From NCBI GenBank assembly GCA_964016885.1, contig OZ024742.1, positions 217,186,001 through 217,250,000 of the forward strand: a stretch of 64,000 nucleotides of DNA, in the 5' to 3' direction. The notes beneath the pieces were generated by a model. That model was not told the origin of the DNA. It searched no databases and saw nothing but the letters and a program-made list of their open reading frames with translations. The translations under genes and the position numbers were made by a program. Below are positions 1 through 13,675 of this stretch, in pieces; within the stretch, counting starts at the first letter, position 1, and the number at the start of each line of letters is the position of its first letter. Origin of the DNA: Eledone cirrhosa (taxonomy: Eukaryota).

Positions 1-2614
1 CATCCACTTCTTACTTTCAGTAGAATGAAAAAAAAAAAATTTTCATTGAAAAATCTTTAAGAAATAAAATTAATTTATTCAGTCTCATTTTTAAATGTCA
101 GTCAATTCTTTTATTATTTCTTTTTTTTTTTTTTTTTTTCCTCTTTTTATTTTGGTTCATAGTTAAATTGAGTATATTGAAATTCATTTCAAATACATAT
201 AGTTTGGCTCTGGTTGTTTTAGAGGTTATTTTTTTTTTTTTTTTTTTACAATGTCATAGAGTGATACTGGCAAAATCAGTAGAGCAGCAGACAAAATGCC
301 TTGTAGTATTTAGTTCTATCCCTTTATATTCTGAGTTCAAACCTTGCCGAAGTCAACCTTTGATAAAATAAAGTACCAGTAAAGTACTGCATCAATGAAA
401 CTGACTTATCCCTCCTCGCAAAAATGTGCCTAAATTGGAAATCATTATTATTGTGGCAAAAAAGCTGGACAGGCCAAATGATTCACAATATTTAGTTTCT
501 TGAAGTATGTGGCTTAGTGGTGAAATTGCAATTGTAAAGTTGTTCAATTCCTGGACTGGGTGGCACTTTGTGTCCTTGAGCAGGACACTATTTCTCGTTG
601 CTCCAGTTCAATCAGCTGGAAAAAAATGGATTGCAACATTGGTGCCAAGCTTTATCAGCCTTTCCCAACATCATATAGTATATGTATGTATGTGTGAGTA
701 TATATATATATAGTGATATAATGTATGAGTTATGATGACATTGGTGCCAAGTTGTATCAGCCTTCGCCTTTCCCTTAGACAACATCAGTATCATGCAGAG
801 AGAAGACTTGCATGTATGGAGGACTGCTGGTCTTCCACAAATCTTGTGCCTCAGAAAGGTGTCAGTCAGTCACTGGTCCAAAATACATGGCCAGTCATGA
901 TCAAGCTTGAAGTGGGGAGGCTTTCCTTTTCCTTTTGTGATAATAATGATACCTTACTTAGATTGATAGATTTGAACTGGAGCCTAAACTGACAAATAAA
1001 TACTGTAAGTCATTTAGTCTGGCACTGTAACATGTTTACTATAATAACAGTTCTAGCATAGTCACAAGGCCAAACATTTCAAGAACGGGGTCAGTCAATT
1101 AAAGCAACACCAGTACTTGACTGGATCTTTATTTCATTAACACTAAAAATGATGGAAGGGCAAAACCAACCCTGAAGTGATAGGAATTTGCAGTATATAT
1201 ATTATTAATGATTATCAGATTAGACACAAAGCCACAAATTTTGGAAGAACCATTGAATTGATTCCAGTACTTGGCTGGAGCATATTTTATCAACCAACAG
1301 GATTTTAACTCAGAAGGTAAAGAGACAACCAAATATGCAAAAGATTTTATCCTTTACCTATACTATTTCTTCCAACCACCATCCTAATACTATTAATATA
1401 ATTGTTTCTACTTTTGGCACAAGGCCAGCAATTACCCAGTAGATTACTGGTACTTTATTTTATCGACCCCATAAGGATGAAAGGCAAAGTTAACCTCGGC
1501 GGGATTTAATAGCTTCTTAACTAGACACAAAATTAGAAATTTAGGGAGAGAGGTTAGTAGATGAAATTGGCCCCAGTATTTGACTGGTTTATTATTTTAC
1601 AATACCCAGAAAGATGAAAGGCAAGGCTGACCTTGGAAGGATCTGAACTTACAGTGTATATATATATCACAAGCCAATTTGTTTGTCACTCTACCAATTA
1701 TGCCATCCAGCACCATATTTTCATACTTACTAATAACCAATTGTGTAAAAAAGTTTTCTTTTAACAAATACTACCTCAAAATAGTGAATAGCAAATCTAT
1801 TCAGGTTTTATGCTGCATCATTTTTTTGTGTATGTATGTATGTGTGTGTCAGTACATGTGTGTTATTGTTTTCATGATTATCCTCATTTTTACATCTGCT
1901 TTTCTATATTTGCTTGGGTTAGACAAAGCTTTTTCAGACAATTTTTCTATGGTTGGATACCCTTTCTGATGATAGCCCATACAGTTTTCTAAGTAAAAAT
2001 TTACATTACCCTATATATACTATTGTATATTTGTGGTAAAGTCTTTATCTTACATAATTATCTTACATAATATCGAACCTACAAGATTTTGATGTTATTT
2101 ATTTTGAGAACAATGCCTTAACATTAGTTTGAGCGGCCAGTTACGGCCAGTTTAAACAGAAAGAAGTGAGAGAATTCTGGCCAGATGTGGCTGGTTTAAG
2201 TGCTAAAGGGTTAAGTTCCTAAAACTTTTACAGTGACTCAAGAGACTAGAGTTCCATTCTCATGAGCAGATTAAACTGAAAAGTTACTATGAAACCTCAG
2301 TGAGGCAACAATATAAAGGATTAAAAAAATTGCTTCACTATATATACGGGTCAGGGCTCCATAGTAACTTTTCAGTAAAACGAGTACACTTGAGCATGAA
2401 ACACTAGGCTCTTGTTCAGTGATGTAGTAGCTTCATGGTTATAATTAAATATATATCCTTGAATTCATATACTGTTTTTTTCCCTTTTATACAACCAGAC
2501 CCATATAATGTATGTGTGTGTATATATATTTATATCCATGTGATTTTGACGGACTGAGTACGCAATATCAAAGTAGAGTTTAATAGTATTCTTTATTATG
2601 GTTATGTGATGAGT

Positions 2615-2663
2615 CTTATTACTCAGGAGTTTCACCTGTGTACTCATAGGATCTTCAGATAAG
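2615..2663 (-). ncRNA. Type-I hammerhead ribozyme, left arm of a palindrome
   Basis: CUUAU CUGAAGA U CCUAUG AGUA CACAGG U GAAA CUCCUGAG UA^ AUAAG: stem I CUUAU/AUAAG, intact core, GUA site, one mismatch in stem II. Confidence 0.75.
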
Positions 2664-3045
<382 letters not shown>

Positions 3046-3058
3046 TATAAATATATAT

Positions 3059-4061
3059 TGTTATACTTGGGAGAGGGTCATATTGTTGTAATACTATTGC
3101 CAGAAATAATAACAGAACACACTCACTGTTCGGTTGGTTTTCTTTTTCGCTTCTGCATCTTTTATATCTCCATAGTTAATTCATTTGGCCATCAATGTTT
3201 ATCACTGACTGAGCAACGGTCAAAAATACAGATATAAATATATATAGTCTAACAAAGTTCTTTCGTTGCACATCTGCAACATCATCAGTTTCCCCCTACT
3301 ATATTGTATTGTATTGTAATGTCTACGCCATTTTTATATTATCTATTTATTTATTTATTTATTTATTTATTTTTGTCTCCGTCTCTGCGCATGCATTTGC
3401 GTGTGTGTATAGTGTTTGGTGTGTGTGTTTTGGTTTTTGTATTCTACCTGTTTATTAGTGTGTTTATATGTGTTTGTTGTTATTGTGCTTGTGTATATAT
3501 TTATTTATTTATATTTCTCTTAAGTCAGTATTGTTTGTTTGGGTGTTGTTATGCCAGTCATTTTTTCTGTTTAGCTTTGGCTTTCTAAGCTCTATTTCGT
3601 TCGCTTCTCTGATTTGCCTACCTGTTGGGTCATTTCTATGTTTAGATATTATTTTAATTTCTATGTTGTCTATGTTACTGTCATGTTGTTGTCTGGCATG
3701 TTCGTATAGTACTGAACCGTTTTTTGTCCTTTTAATTCCCCCAAGTCTTGGTCTATTCTTTCTCCTATGCTTCGAGCTGTCTTACCTATGTATGTCATTG
3801 TCATATTTCTGCAAGTACCCTCTGTGCATCTTATGCTATAGACTACATTTCTAGTTTTACAGTTTATCTGGGGGTTTACTTTACATATAACACATTTCTC
3901 ATTAGTACAGTGGGTTTTCTTAAAGGGGTATGTTTTTAAATGAATTAACTATGGAGATATAAAAGATGCAGAAGCAAAAAAGAAAACCAACCAAACAGTG
4001 AGTGTGTTCTGTTATTTCTGGCAATAGTATTACAACAATATGACCCTCCCCACGTATAACA
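3059..4061. mobile_element. Non-autonomous TIR DNA transposon, Ginger-like
   Basis: ~130-bp terminal inverted repeats (3059-3186 / 3938-4061), TGT...ACA termini, ATAT on both sides (possible 4-bp TSD), non-coding low-complexity interior. Confidence 0.65.
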
Positions 4062-4213
4062 ATATTTGTTTCGACACGCGATTTCATATCAAAAACCTCG
4101 CAAAACAAATTGATCGCCGTCATATATATAATATATCGTAGTGTAGTTTGGTAAAGGATATCCAAAGCTAGAACACTCAATCTGTGGAAAGAGCTTTATA
4201 TGGATATTTATTA

Positions 4214-4315
4214 AACTATGGTGTCAATACAGGCTGATAAAATAAATGCTAGTCTCAGTGAAAGATCTGAGACAGTAGTGTGGTGAAACAATTGTACCTA
4301 AATGACACCATAGTT
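4214..4315 (+). ncRNA. Hammerhead-like motif with long stem II and extended stem I / inverted arms
   Basis: aactatggtgtca..AGG CUGAUAA [gtctcag..ctgagac hairpin] U GAAA C AAUU G UA^ CCU..tgacaccatagtt. Preceded (4135-4195) by a diverged version of the tail of the 2843/37572 elements. Core is G8>A. Confidence 0.6.
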
Positions 4316-5461
4316 AATGTTAAATATATGTGGGGGTGGGGTGGGGGGTATATACACAGCCATCCAATTGGCAAATTTATTCCCAAAATATTAAATCCTT
4401 TTCTGCTGCCCATTTCCATTCAGAGGAACAGAAAAATTTTTTTTTGAATAATTGTGTGCAATCATAATCAGCATTTTACAACCACTTTTGTCATGCTTTA
4501 TACTTTTCTCTTGTACAAAAGTGTATTATTGAAACGCTCGTGTGTGTGTGTGTGTGTTGATTTATTAAATTAAAATCATCTGAGTCTCAGATGATTACTT
4601 AGAGAAGGAAACAGGATTAGTCATGTAAGAGTCATTAATTTAACTGAAAATATAACTACTCTACTTCATATATTCAGTATTTTACCTTAAATTGTTGTTT
4701 TCTGCATTTCATATGGAAACACCAACTGGAAAACCTGTCTAGCCCAAGCCGGCAAGGGGAAGCAGATGTGAAATGATGATTTATTAACTTGGACTGAGAC
4801 CATATGTGCATGGATGAATTATGAGTAACGTAAATGTTCAACCCACATGACTCTCACAGCAGGACACACATGAGAATAGTTCGATTAGTCTCAACTGATT
4901 ATCACCATGTTATAAAATGTGTCTACAAGTGTTCATCCTACATAGAGAGGAAACACCTGAGAACCACTTAAGAACAATGCTATAAGTAACAGGTACTTAA
5001 TTTACTGATTTACATATCTGTAGACTTGCTGGCAGCACATAAACTAAAGTAATGAGACAGTGTGTGTGTGGATAAATTGTGAAAAAGTTCACATGTGCAT
5101 GTTTAATATACATTCAATGATTGGGCTCTCTCAGCAGGATAATTGCAAGAACAGCTTGAATTGTTTTATCAAGATTTAAGCTGTGTTCTCTCTACAGAAT
5201 GAACTTAAGTATACATTCTAGACAAGACAGCAATAACCAGATACATCTAGTCAAGCTGATATCAGGTTCACTCAATAGAGAGAATTCTTGGATTTAACTA
5301 TAGGATCTATTTACACAGTAAAGCTGAATGTATCTTTATCAGACATACAGATGCAGAATTATTCACAATTTATATATATATATATATATGGGAATGAAAG
5401 AAAGAGAGAAGAGTGCATGAATCTTGATACATATATACATACAAAGTGCATACATATATGC

Positions 5462-5536
<75 letters not shown>

Positions 5537-5770
5537 TATAAATATAGATTTAGCAAGAATCGCATTTCAGTGGGTAGAAAAGGCAAAACGAAATGCAGAA
5601 ATCAGAAATAATGCTGACAAGTGCTCCATGGTTAAAAAAAAAACAGAGCTAAACAATATGTTAAGAGGCCATTCAAAACAGACTGAAATAGTGGTCAAGA
5701 AAGCATCAACCACCTAAGCCAAAAAGCAAATCAAGCTAAACAGGTCAAAACAAAATAAATGATAAAAAAT

Positions 5771-6349
<579 letters not shown>

Positions 6350-7428
6350 CAGATATGTACATAATAACACATGTACATAGACATATACTATGACATATAC
6401 TCAGGAAACATTTTTTTTAAGTTTTTTTACCAGTACTTTGTTTACTTACCAAGTGGCCCAGGAAACTCTTAGGAACCCATGCTAGCGTGGAAGATGGACG
6501 TTAAACGATGATGATGATGATGTAACTCTCCCAAATATACCTATATGTTAATAACATTACTATTTAAAGTAACTTTCCCAAATATATCTATACCTTAAGA
6601 ACATTACTATTTATCATAACGCTGCTAGGTATGTCTATATGCATTAAAAAAACCACTGCAACAAATGAATGCCAAACCTTGGAATTATGAGTAATGATGC
6701 AACATTTCATGCTCATATTACTAAAGTAGCAGCAACCTTCAGACAACTGACAAGGAAACAGGAACTTTGGGAACCTGGGAAGGCATTCTCAGTTGTTTGG
6801 GAATATTGCACCTAGCTCTGGTTGCCTTTTTAACCCAACAATATTCCAATAATGACCTTTCATAAAGAATACTGCTTCAACCAGCCAAATTAGCAACTGT
6901 AAGAGATTAAAAGATACCAGTCTTTTACTCTGTAGACCAGTCATGGGCAAACTGCATCCCACAAGTCACAAGCGGCCCATTTGGCTTTCTGAATGGCATG
7001 CCTATTTTTTAAATTGCCTTGAATTTTTTAGTAGTGTGGCCTGTATTATGATGAGCCACATCCTATGTGGCTCACTGCTAAAAAAAACATTTTACCATGC
7101 CTGTTCTAAACAAAGAAGGATAAAGTACAGTTGTCTTTGTTTGGAAAATATTAGGACTTGGGCTAAATTTTGCCACTGAAAATTACATAAAACCAAGGTC
7201 TGAATGTCACTCCATAGATATAGGAATATCCTTGGACTCTAGGAATCTCAGTAGTTTAACATTTTTGACAAGGCAAATCTGCATGATATTACATGTCAAT
7301 ATGTTCAAACTACACTGTTCAAGATTTTAGTCGAATGAAAATCTGAGGTCTTCAGCATCAATCTCATTTACTTACTAGATACCTGTAAACCCAACTACAG
7401 CAATAACAATGCTAGTGCCAGCATGTGC

Positions 7429-7464
<36 letters not shown>

Positions 7465-7824
7465 TGTGTATATACATAATCACATATATTCAAACATACA
7501 TATACATAAATACACACATACATTATATATCTTTATATATATATATATGATGCAAAGTTAAGGTGTTTGGGAGTGTAAAGTTTCTGATAAAAGAAACAAA
7601 AGCAATTTTAGAATTAGCCATTTGCCTGTCAATGAAATTCTGGAGATACTGCCAGCAGCTTTAGATCCATAAGATTAACAAAATGTACATCACTTCTTTT
7701 TCACTCATTTTTTTTCTGTTTCTTTTTGTTTTATCACTGTTGTCTTCTCTCATTCAATTATCTTTTAGATATTTTTCACTAGTCATCAGAGTATAAATTT
7801 GAACCTGCAAACCAAATGTCACTG

Positions 7825-8136
7825 GTTGAGATCACAGCATCAAACACTGGGAACTCGACTCAAGATATGTTGAGATCACAGCATCAAACACTGGGAACTC
7901 GACTCAAGATATGTTGAGATCACAGCATCAAACACTGGGAACTCAACTCAAGATATGTTGAGATCACAGCATCAAATACTGGGAACTCAACTCAAGATAT
8001 GTTGAGATCACAGTATCCAACACTGGAAACTCAACTCAAGATATGTTGAGGTTAGAGCATCAAACGCTGGGAACTCAACTCAAGATATGTTGAGATCACA
8101 GCATCAAACGCTGGGAACTCGACTCAAGATATGTTG
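7825..8136 (-). repeat. 7 x 44-bp tandem repeat containing the last MBTPS1 codons and stop
   Basis: Units start at 7825, 7869, 7913, 7957, 8001, 8045, 8089. On the minus strand each reads like CAT ATC TTG AGT CGA GTT CCC AGT GTT TGA (HILSRVPSV*) + tgctgtgatctcaa. Confidence 0.95.
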
Positions 8137-8407
8137 CATCTTTCGTACAAGAGACTTCTTCTTCTTTGGTCGAGGTTTGTGCTTGCAATACTGATTGATG
8201 AGAAACATCAAGACAAGCAGAGTAGTTACAAATGCAAACACAGGATAGAAACCTAAGCCATCGTACACTAGAGGAAATTCTATTCTATGTGTTTCAATAA
8301 CTGGGATTGCTTTATCAGGAATCTTCATTGGAAAATTATGTGCATTTCGCCAATTAGATTGTTGACCAATATCAACTGACAAGAGTTTTGGTTGCTGGAA
8401 CAGATTC
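8104..8407 (-). CDS. MBTPS1: Site-1 protease, last coding exon (juxtamembrane region, TM helix, basic cytosolic tail)
   Basis: tatacag|G acceptor, phase 2. Encodes (S)NLFQQPKLLSVDIG...YPVFAFVTTLLVLMFLINQYCKHKPRPKKKK...VPSV*. KLL-S (the human shedding site), PVFAF TM start, RPKKKK and terminal PSV match S1P. Confidence 0.95.
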
Positions 8408-8538
8408 CTGTATATAATTAAAAGAAATTAGCCAAGTTAATTCACAAAACAAAATACATTTTTAAAATACATTTTTTTAATAATTGGTGAAAGTGGAAAT
8501 TTAAATAATCTATCAAATATTTTAAAACCCTATCAAAA

Positions 8539-8592
8539 TCTTAACTATAATAAAGAAAGGAGTGCAGGACTGCGTCCAGAATATATTTTTTT
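8539..8592 (+). mobile_element. 5' end fragment of the same Helitron family
   Basis: tcttaactataataaagaaaggagtgcaggactgcgtccagaatatattttt matches the reverse complement of 55075-55123. Confidence 0.7.
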
Positions 8593-8870
8593 AAAGTAAT
8601 TATATTTATTTAAAAACCTTCCATTATAATTTTGTTAAGTATATATATAATATATCTTCATCTTCTTTGTCCACTTATATATATATATATATATATGTGT
8701 GTGTATACATACATAACGCATGCTAGCATGGAAAGTGAATGTTAAGCGATGATGATGATGATATACACACACACAAACATATATATATATATATATATGC
8801 AAGCGTGGAAGATGGACGTTAAACGATGATGATGATGAGTATGATGATGAAGATGATATATATATTAATG

Positions 8871-9010
8871 GAGGCACATGGCTTAGTGGCTAGAGCATTG
8901 GCCTTGCAATCGAAAGGTTGTGAGTTCAATTCTCAGACTGAGTTATGTGTTGTTTCCTTGAGCAAGACACTTTATTTCACATTGCTCCAGTTTACACAGC
9001 TGTAGAAATG
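8871..9010 (+). mobile_element. tRNA-derived SINE with CORE-like domain
   Basis: A box tggcttagtgg, B box gagttcaattc, then ccttgagcaagacactttatttc; related copies at ~505-660 and 22983-23180. Confidence 0.75.
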
Positions 9011-9354
9011 AGATGATAGGGACTGGGGTCCCTATCATTCCACTGTAAAGTGGACGTGTAGGCGCCACGGAAAAAAAAGCACCCAGCACTCACTGTAAAT
9101 GAGGTTGGTGTTAGGAAGGGCATCCAGCTGTAGAAATCAAGCCAGAATCAGTTCCCGTCCCACCCTTGCAAGCAGGGAAAAGCAGACGTAAAATGAAATG
9201 ATGATGAATGATGATGATATATATATCATCATCGTCATTTTATGTCCACTTTTCCATGCTTGCAAGGGTGGGATTGGTCCTATTCAGCACAGCATCTCTC
9301 CACTTGTCACGGTCCTTCGTCATCATCTCCATGTGTGTGAGAGAGAGAGAAATC

Positions 9355-9820
9355 ATCAATTCAGTGTTCATGTCTACATGTACCTATAGTCATGAATCTT
9401 GGGTAATGGCCAAAAAAATACAATCACAAATACAAGTAGCCAAAATGGGGTTCCTCCAAAGAGTCTTTGGGTAATGCTACTTGATAGGGTGCATAGCTCA
9501 AGAGATCAAGGAGTCGCTCCAAGTTGAGTCACTACTTCTCAAAATCGAGGGATCGTAGCTCCAGTACTATGAACATGTGATTAGACTATCTAAGGAAAGA
9601 GTCGCTGGACAGATTTTAGAGGCAAAGCTAACCAGCAGGAGACCCAGAGGTAGACTATGAGCAAGATGGTTGTATAACATCCATGAACTCAGTATATCTC
9701 AATCGGGGATTCAGCTAGATTATTTGCAGACAGTTACGCTGGATAGGACCCTCTGGAAGGAATGTCATGACTCTGCCCCAACAATCCTCCAAGGAATAAG
9801 TGGACAAAGAAGATGAAGAT
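9355..9820 (+). mobile_element. Degenerate RTE LINE 3' end (second family)
   Basis: TYSHESWVM motif; homologous to ~38690-39119; ends ggaataagtggacaaagaagatgaagat. Confidence 0.8.
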
Positions 9821-10929
9821 ATATTATATTATATATATACCTAACAAAATTATAATGGAAGGTTTTTAAATAAATATAATTATTTTAAATAAACAGTTTT
9901 GTACCATAGAATTAGGGGCAGTTTAAAGCAGTTTGTTATTAAAAGGGTTAAAAAAGATGGATGTATGTTTGTTTTTGAATAAAATATTTTACATTGGTAA
10001 AAAGAACTTTTAATAAAAAAAAAAAATCAATAAAACAAAAATGTATGTATGTATACTGTTTTGGATAGTTTTTCAAAATATCAAATAAGCCATTCTTTGC
10101 TTTGAATTTATTCAGCTGTTAAAATGCAGTCATGCATTAAATTATCAGTAATTCTAAAAGGTTGTTTACTCTTTCAATGTCAGAGGCTTCGTACTGAGTG
10201 CTCACTCACTCAATGTTTGGCTGTTTTTATGCCTGATTAAATATAAACCCCATCTCTGTGTGTATAGAGGAGGGTGTGTAGAGCAGAGGGTGACTGTATG
10301 TGCGCTTGTGTGTATGGCAGAGAGTGACTGAGTGCATTGGCTTATATGTGCATGTGTATGATTTTGTCAGGTCGCTTTGAGTGCTACTCTCAACATGAAA
10401 TAAATTAGTCTGTTACATGATCAAGTTGATGGTAACTAAACTGGCCCCCTCACCAGACTAAATTAGCAAGGAGGGTTACTAGAAAGCCAGCAAGACCCAA
10501 AACAAGACCTGTCAAAAAAACAAATGAACCTCGCATAAGATCAATGACTATCTAGCAATAGTTTGTGGGGACATAAAAATACTCGAGATGGTGAATGAGT
10601 GCTCTGTATGACCACTTTTGAGTAATAAGACCCCTATTTCTTGTCAGAAGATCTGTCTAGGAGAATGATAATCTAGTGTAAAACCTGAGGATTGTTTGGT
10701 TACTCGACATTCCAACTAATGTTGAACCACTGGATCTAAAGCTGTCTGAAAAGTGATTCCAGTTCTGTGCACAGTTTATTTGTTATAATAGATTTCTCAC
10801 AGAGGAACTTTGCAGAAACAAACAGGCAACAGACCTTTGTGTTGGTCATTGTTACTGGGATGCTTGACGTATCTAGTATGTCTACAATGCAGTTTCATTA
10901 CTGTTAAGGGCACAAAAAGTAAGCTTTAG

Positions 10930-11295
10930 AATAGGAGGGAGCAGTCACACTTCTCCAGGTGTAGTACAGGAGGGAGCAGTCACACTTCTCCATCTGAAGA
11001 ACGGGAGGGAACAATCACACATGGAAGTAACTCTGTTATACTGGAAGGAGCAGTCACATTTCTCCAGCTGTAGTATGGAAGGAAGCAGTCACAGTTCTCC
11101 AGCTATAGTACGGGAGGCAGCAGTCACACTTGGAAGTAAGCTGTAGTACAGGAGGGAGCAATCACACACCTCCAACTGCAGTATGGGAGGGAGCAGTCAC
11201 ATCTCTAGCTGTATGGGGAAGCTGTTATATGGGAGGGAGCAGTAACACTTCTATAGCCATAGTACGGGAAGGGAGCAGTCACACTTCTCCAGTTG
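10930..11295. repeat. Degenerate ~35-bp tandem repeat
   Basis: gggagggagcagtcacacttctccagctgtagta repeated ~9-10 times with indels. Confidence 0.85.
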
Positions 11296-12980
11296 CCTGC
11301 ACAGCTGCATCTTCCATTGCTAATGCTCTTTGAGTAGTTTGGTCTGTGTCTAAGAAGGTATTGTACTCAGACTCAAGTTGACTTCCACTATGTATATATA
11401 TGTGAATGCTGCCGTCCATTTGGTAAATTTATTCCAAAATACCAAATCCTTCATTTTTCTTTTACAGTAATTCAGTTCAATGCAAGAGAATAATGAACAA
11501 CGATGAAAACACTTTGCAATATGAATAACTGTGAAAGTCTGGGCTCTATTATATAATTTTCTGCTAGCAACAATTGTAACAGCTGTGTCAAAGACATGAC
11601 AACCTCCCTAGTGGTGATGTCACAATAAAATGTGCTTGGTAGATCAAGAGAACATGTGTGTAAGCATGATTCAAGCACTCACCAGAGTGCGAGAAGGAAT
11701 GTAAGCAAGATGTGAGCCCCAGTCAATCTGACTGTTTGAGTAGTCAATAGCTCCACTTGAGTAGTAACTTGCTCTGTCACAACTCGTCCAACACTTGCTA
11801 TCAAAAAGAATGAACATTAAACGATGATGATGATATTTCAAAGTACTGAGACAGCATATATGTGGCTAAATTGTGAATAAGTTTGCAAGCATGGGTTCAA
11901 ATAATATGACTATCTGCAGGACAAACTGAAAAAGTATCAATTGGAAATTACTGTCTTATCAACAGTTTCTACACATGTCCATTTTACAGAGAGAGAAATC
12001 AGAACTGCTTAGAGCTACTTAATCAAATATGCTACAAGTAACAAGAACATATTTTGTTCATTTGCATATGAGGACATTCAATGTTAGCGCATAAATTTAA
12101 CTTAAGAACTGTGACTGAGAAAATGAGTGTGGGTGGGTGTGTGCATCTGTATGGTGGATGTGTGTGTGTCTTTGTGTATGTGCATGTGTGTGGCTGGGTG
12201 TGTGTGTGTGTGTGTTTGCATGTTCTACCAGGATATAAAGATGTCACTGCATGTGTACTAGTGACTTTTCTGTTGAAAGAACAAAATAGTAAAATGGAAA
12301 AAAAAAATGTTTTTACCCATGAGGTCTAATTAATTACAGTCAAACAAAAATGCAGACTGAAATTAATTGGAATGTATTCACTGGAACATTTCAGAAATAA
12401 ATCCAAATACCCAGACGTTCATAATGTGACTGTGCTAATAATTCTAACATTTGCACAAGGCCAATAATACAGGAAAGAACAAAGTCGATTATATCGACCC
12501 TAATACTTAACTGGTACTTTGTTGTGTGGTTTAAGTGTCAAGCTTAATCTCTCTGAGGACCACATGAGGGGTGCACATGTCTGTGGAATGCTCAGCCACT
12601 TACACGTAAATTTTAAGAGCAGGCAGTTCAAACATTTGATGAGTAATAATAATTACTATAGGTGGCACCTGTTTGAGCACCGTTTGCTTTTACATGAATT
12701 AAATTTTCAGTGTTAAAAGTATGTATTAACACAGACATATAAAGGGTATTTATATTAAAAATGAAAGAGCAAAGTTTCAGTTTAACATATTATATTTATA
12801 AGCATGCATAACATATTTCGTAAATGACCAGCTTGGAACCTTCTTTGATTACAATCAGCTTCAACTCTGGTAATTTGTGAAATGTGTTACATGTGATTAT
12901 GAATAAAATATGTTAATCTGAAACTTCATTCTCTCAGAGAGAGAGTGTGTGTTTATAGAGGAGTAAATTGCAATACTCAC

Positions 12981-13107
12981 GAAGGGGCTGATATGTTCAG
13001 GAGGTGTGGAGCTGCCCAGCTTTGATGAGGGCAGGGTGGCAAAGGTCGAGGCTTGGGATTTCCTAAGTGTCCTTCCAGAACTTTTGAGTAGCGGTGTAAA
13101 TGGTTAC
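12981..13107 (-). CDS. MBTPS1: Site-1 protease, penultimate coding exon
   Basis: catttgtag|GT acceptor, TC|gtgagt donor; 127 nt, phase 1-2. Encodes (G)[41 protein letters not shown](S), close to recalled human [27 protein letters not shown]; phases join both neighbouring exons. Confidence 0.96.
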
Positions 13108-13675
13108 CTACAAATGAATGAGAGAGAAGACAAAAAATTGAAATTCTAAAATATCTCAATCAATATCACAATCAATATCCAAGTACAATGGTTAGGATTC
13201 CTGGCTTTCACCAAGGCAGTGTTGATTCAAATTCCAGCATGAGAATAACATTTTAAAGTCAGCACCTCAACATGAATACAGGACACTTGCTGGAACTGGT
13301 AAAAGTGATACATAACATATTGCCATGCGTGACATAGAGTGTATTTGATGTAGATTATTGGTAAAATATCTGCAGGGTGTGAATGTCTGCAAAGTATTAA
13401 TATATGTAACATGGGTCATATGACAATAAAAAGAGTGTTGCACAGTAATAATGTGATATAGGTCATTGATATAATGTCTGTAAAATTTGATATGGATTAT
13501 TATTATAGTAACTATTGAGTATGATACAGATATCACTGTTGCAATGTCTACTGGGATAATAAAACACAGATCAGTGATTCATCTTTAGAACTTGATATAA
13601 ATGTTCAGTAACATATCTAAAGTAAACAGTGATATTTGTGTACAGTGAATGAGATGAGTCATTGAAAGAATATGT

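Larger units (their letters stand above)
8593..9888. repeat. ~90-bp inverted repeat pair (8593-8678 / 9796-9888) in the last MBTPS1 intron
   Basis: taattatatttatttaaaaaccttccattataattttgtta..atatcttcatcttctttgtccacttat is the reverse complement of 9796-9888. Confidence 0.85.

Noticed and set aside
8871-8945. tRNA genes (also at the heads of 18xxx, 50xxx and 54xxx elements)
   Set aside because: A/B boxes are present but there is no complete cloverleaf; these are SINE heads.
10610-10700. Resemblance to the 2615-2714 HHR family (gagtaataagac..tcttgtcagaaga)
   Set aside because: Core mutated (CAGAAGA, no GAAA); too degenerate to call.
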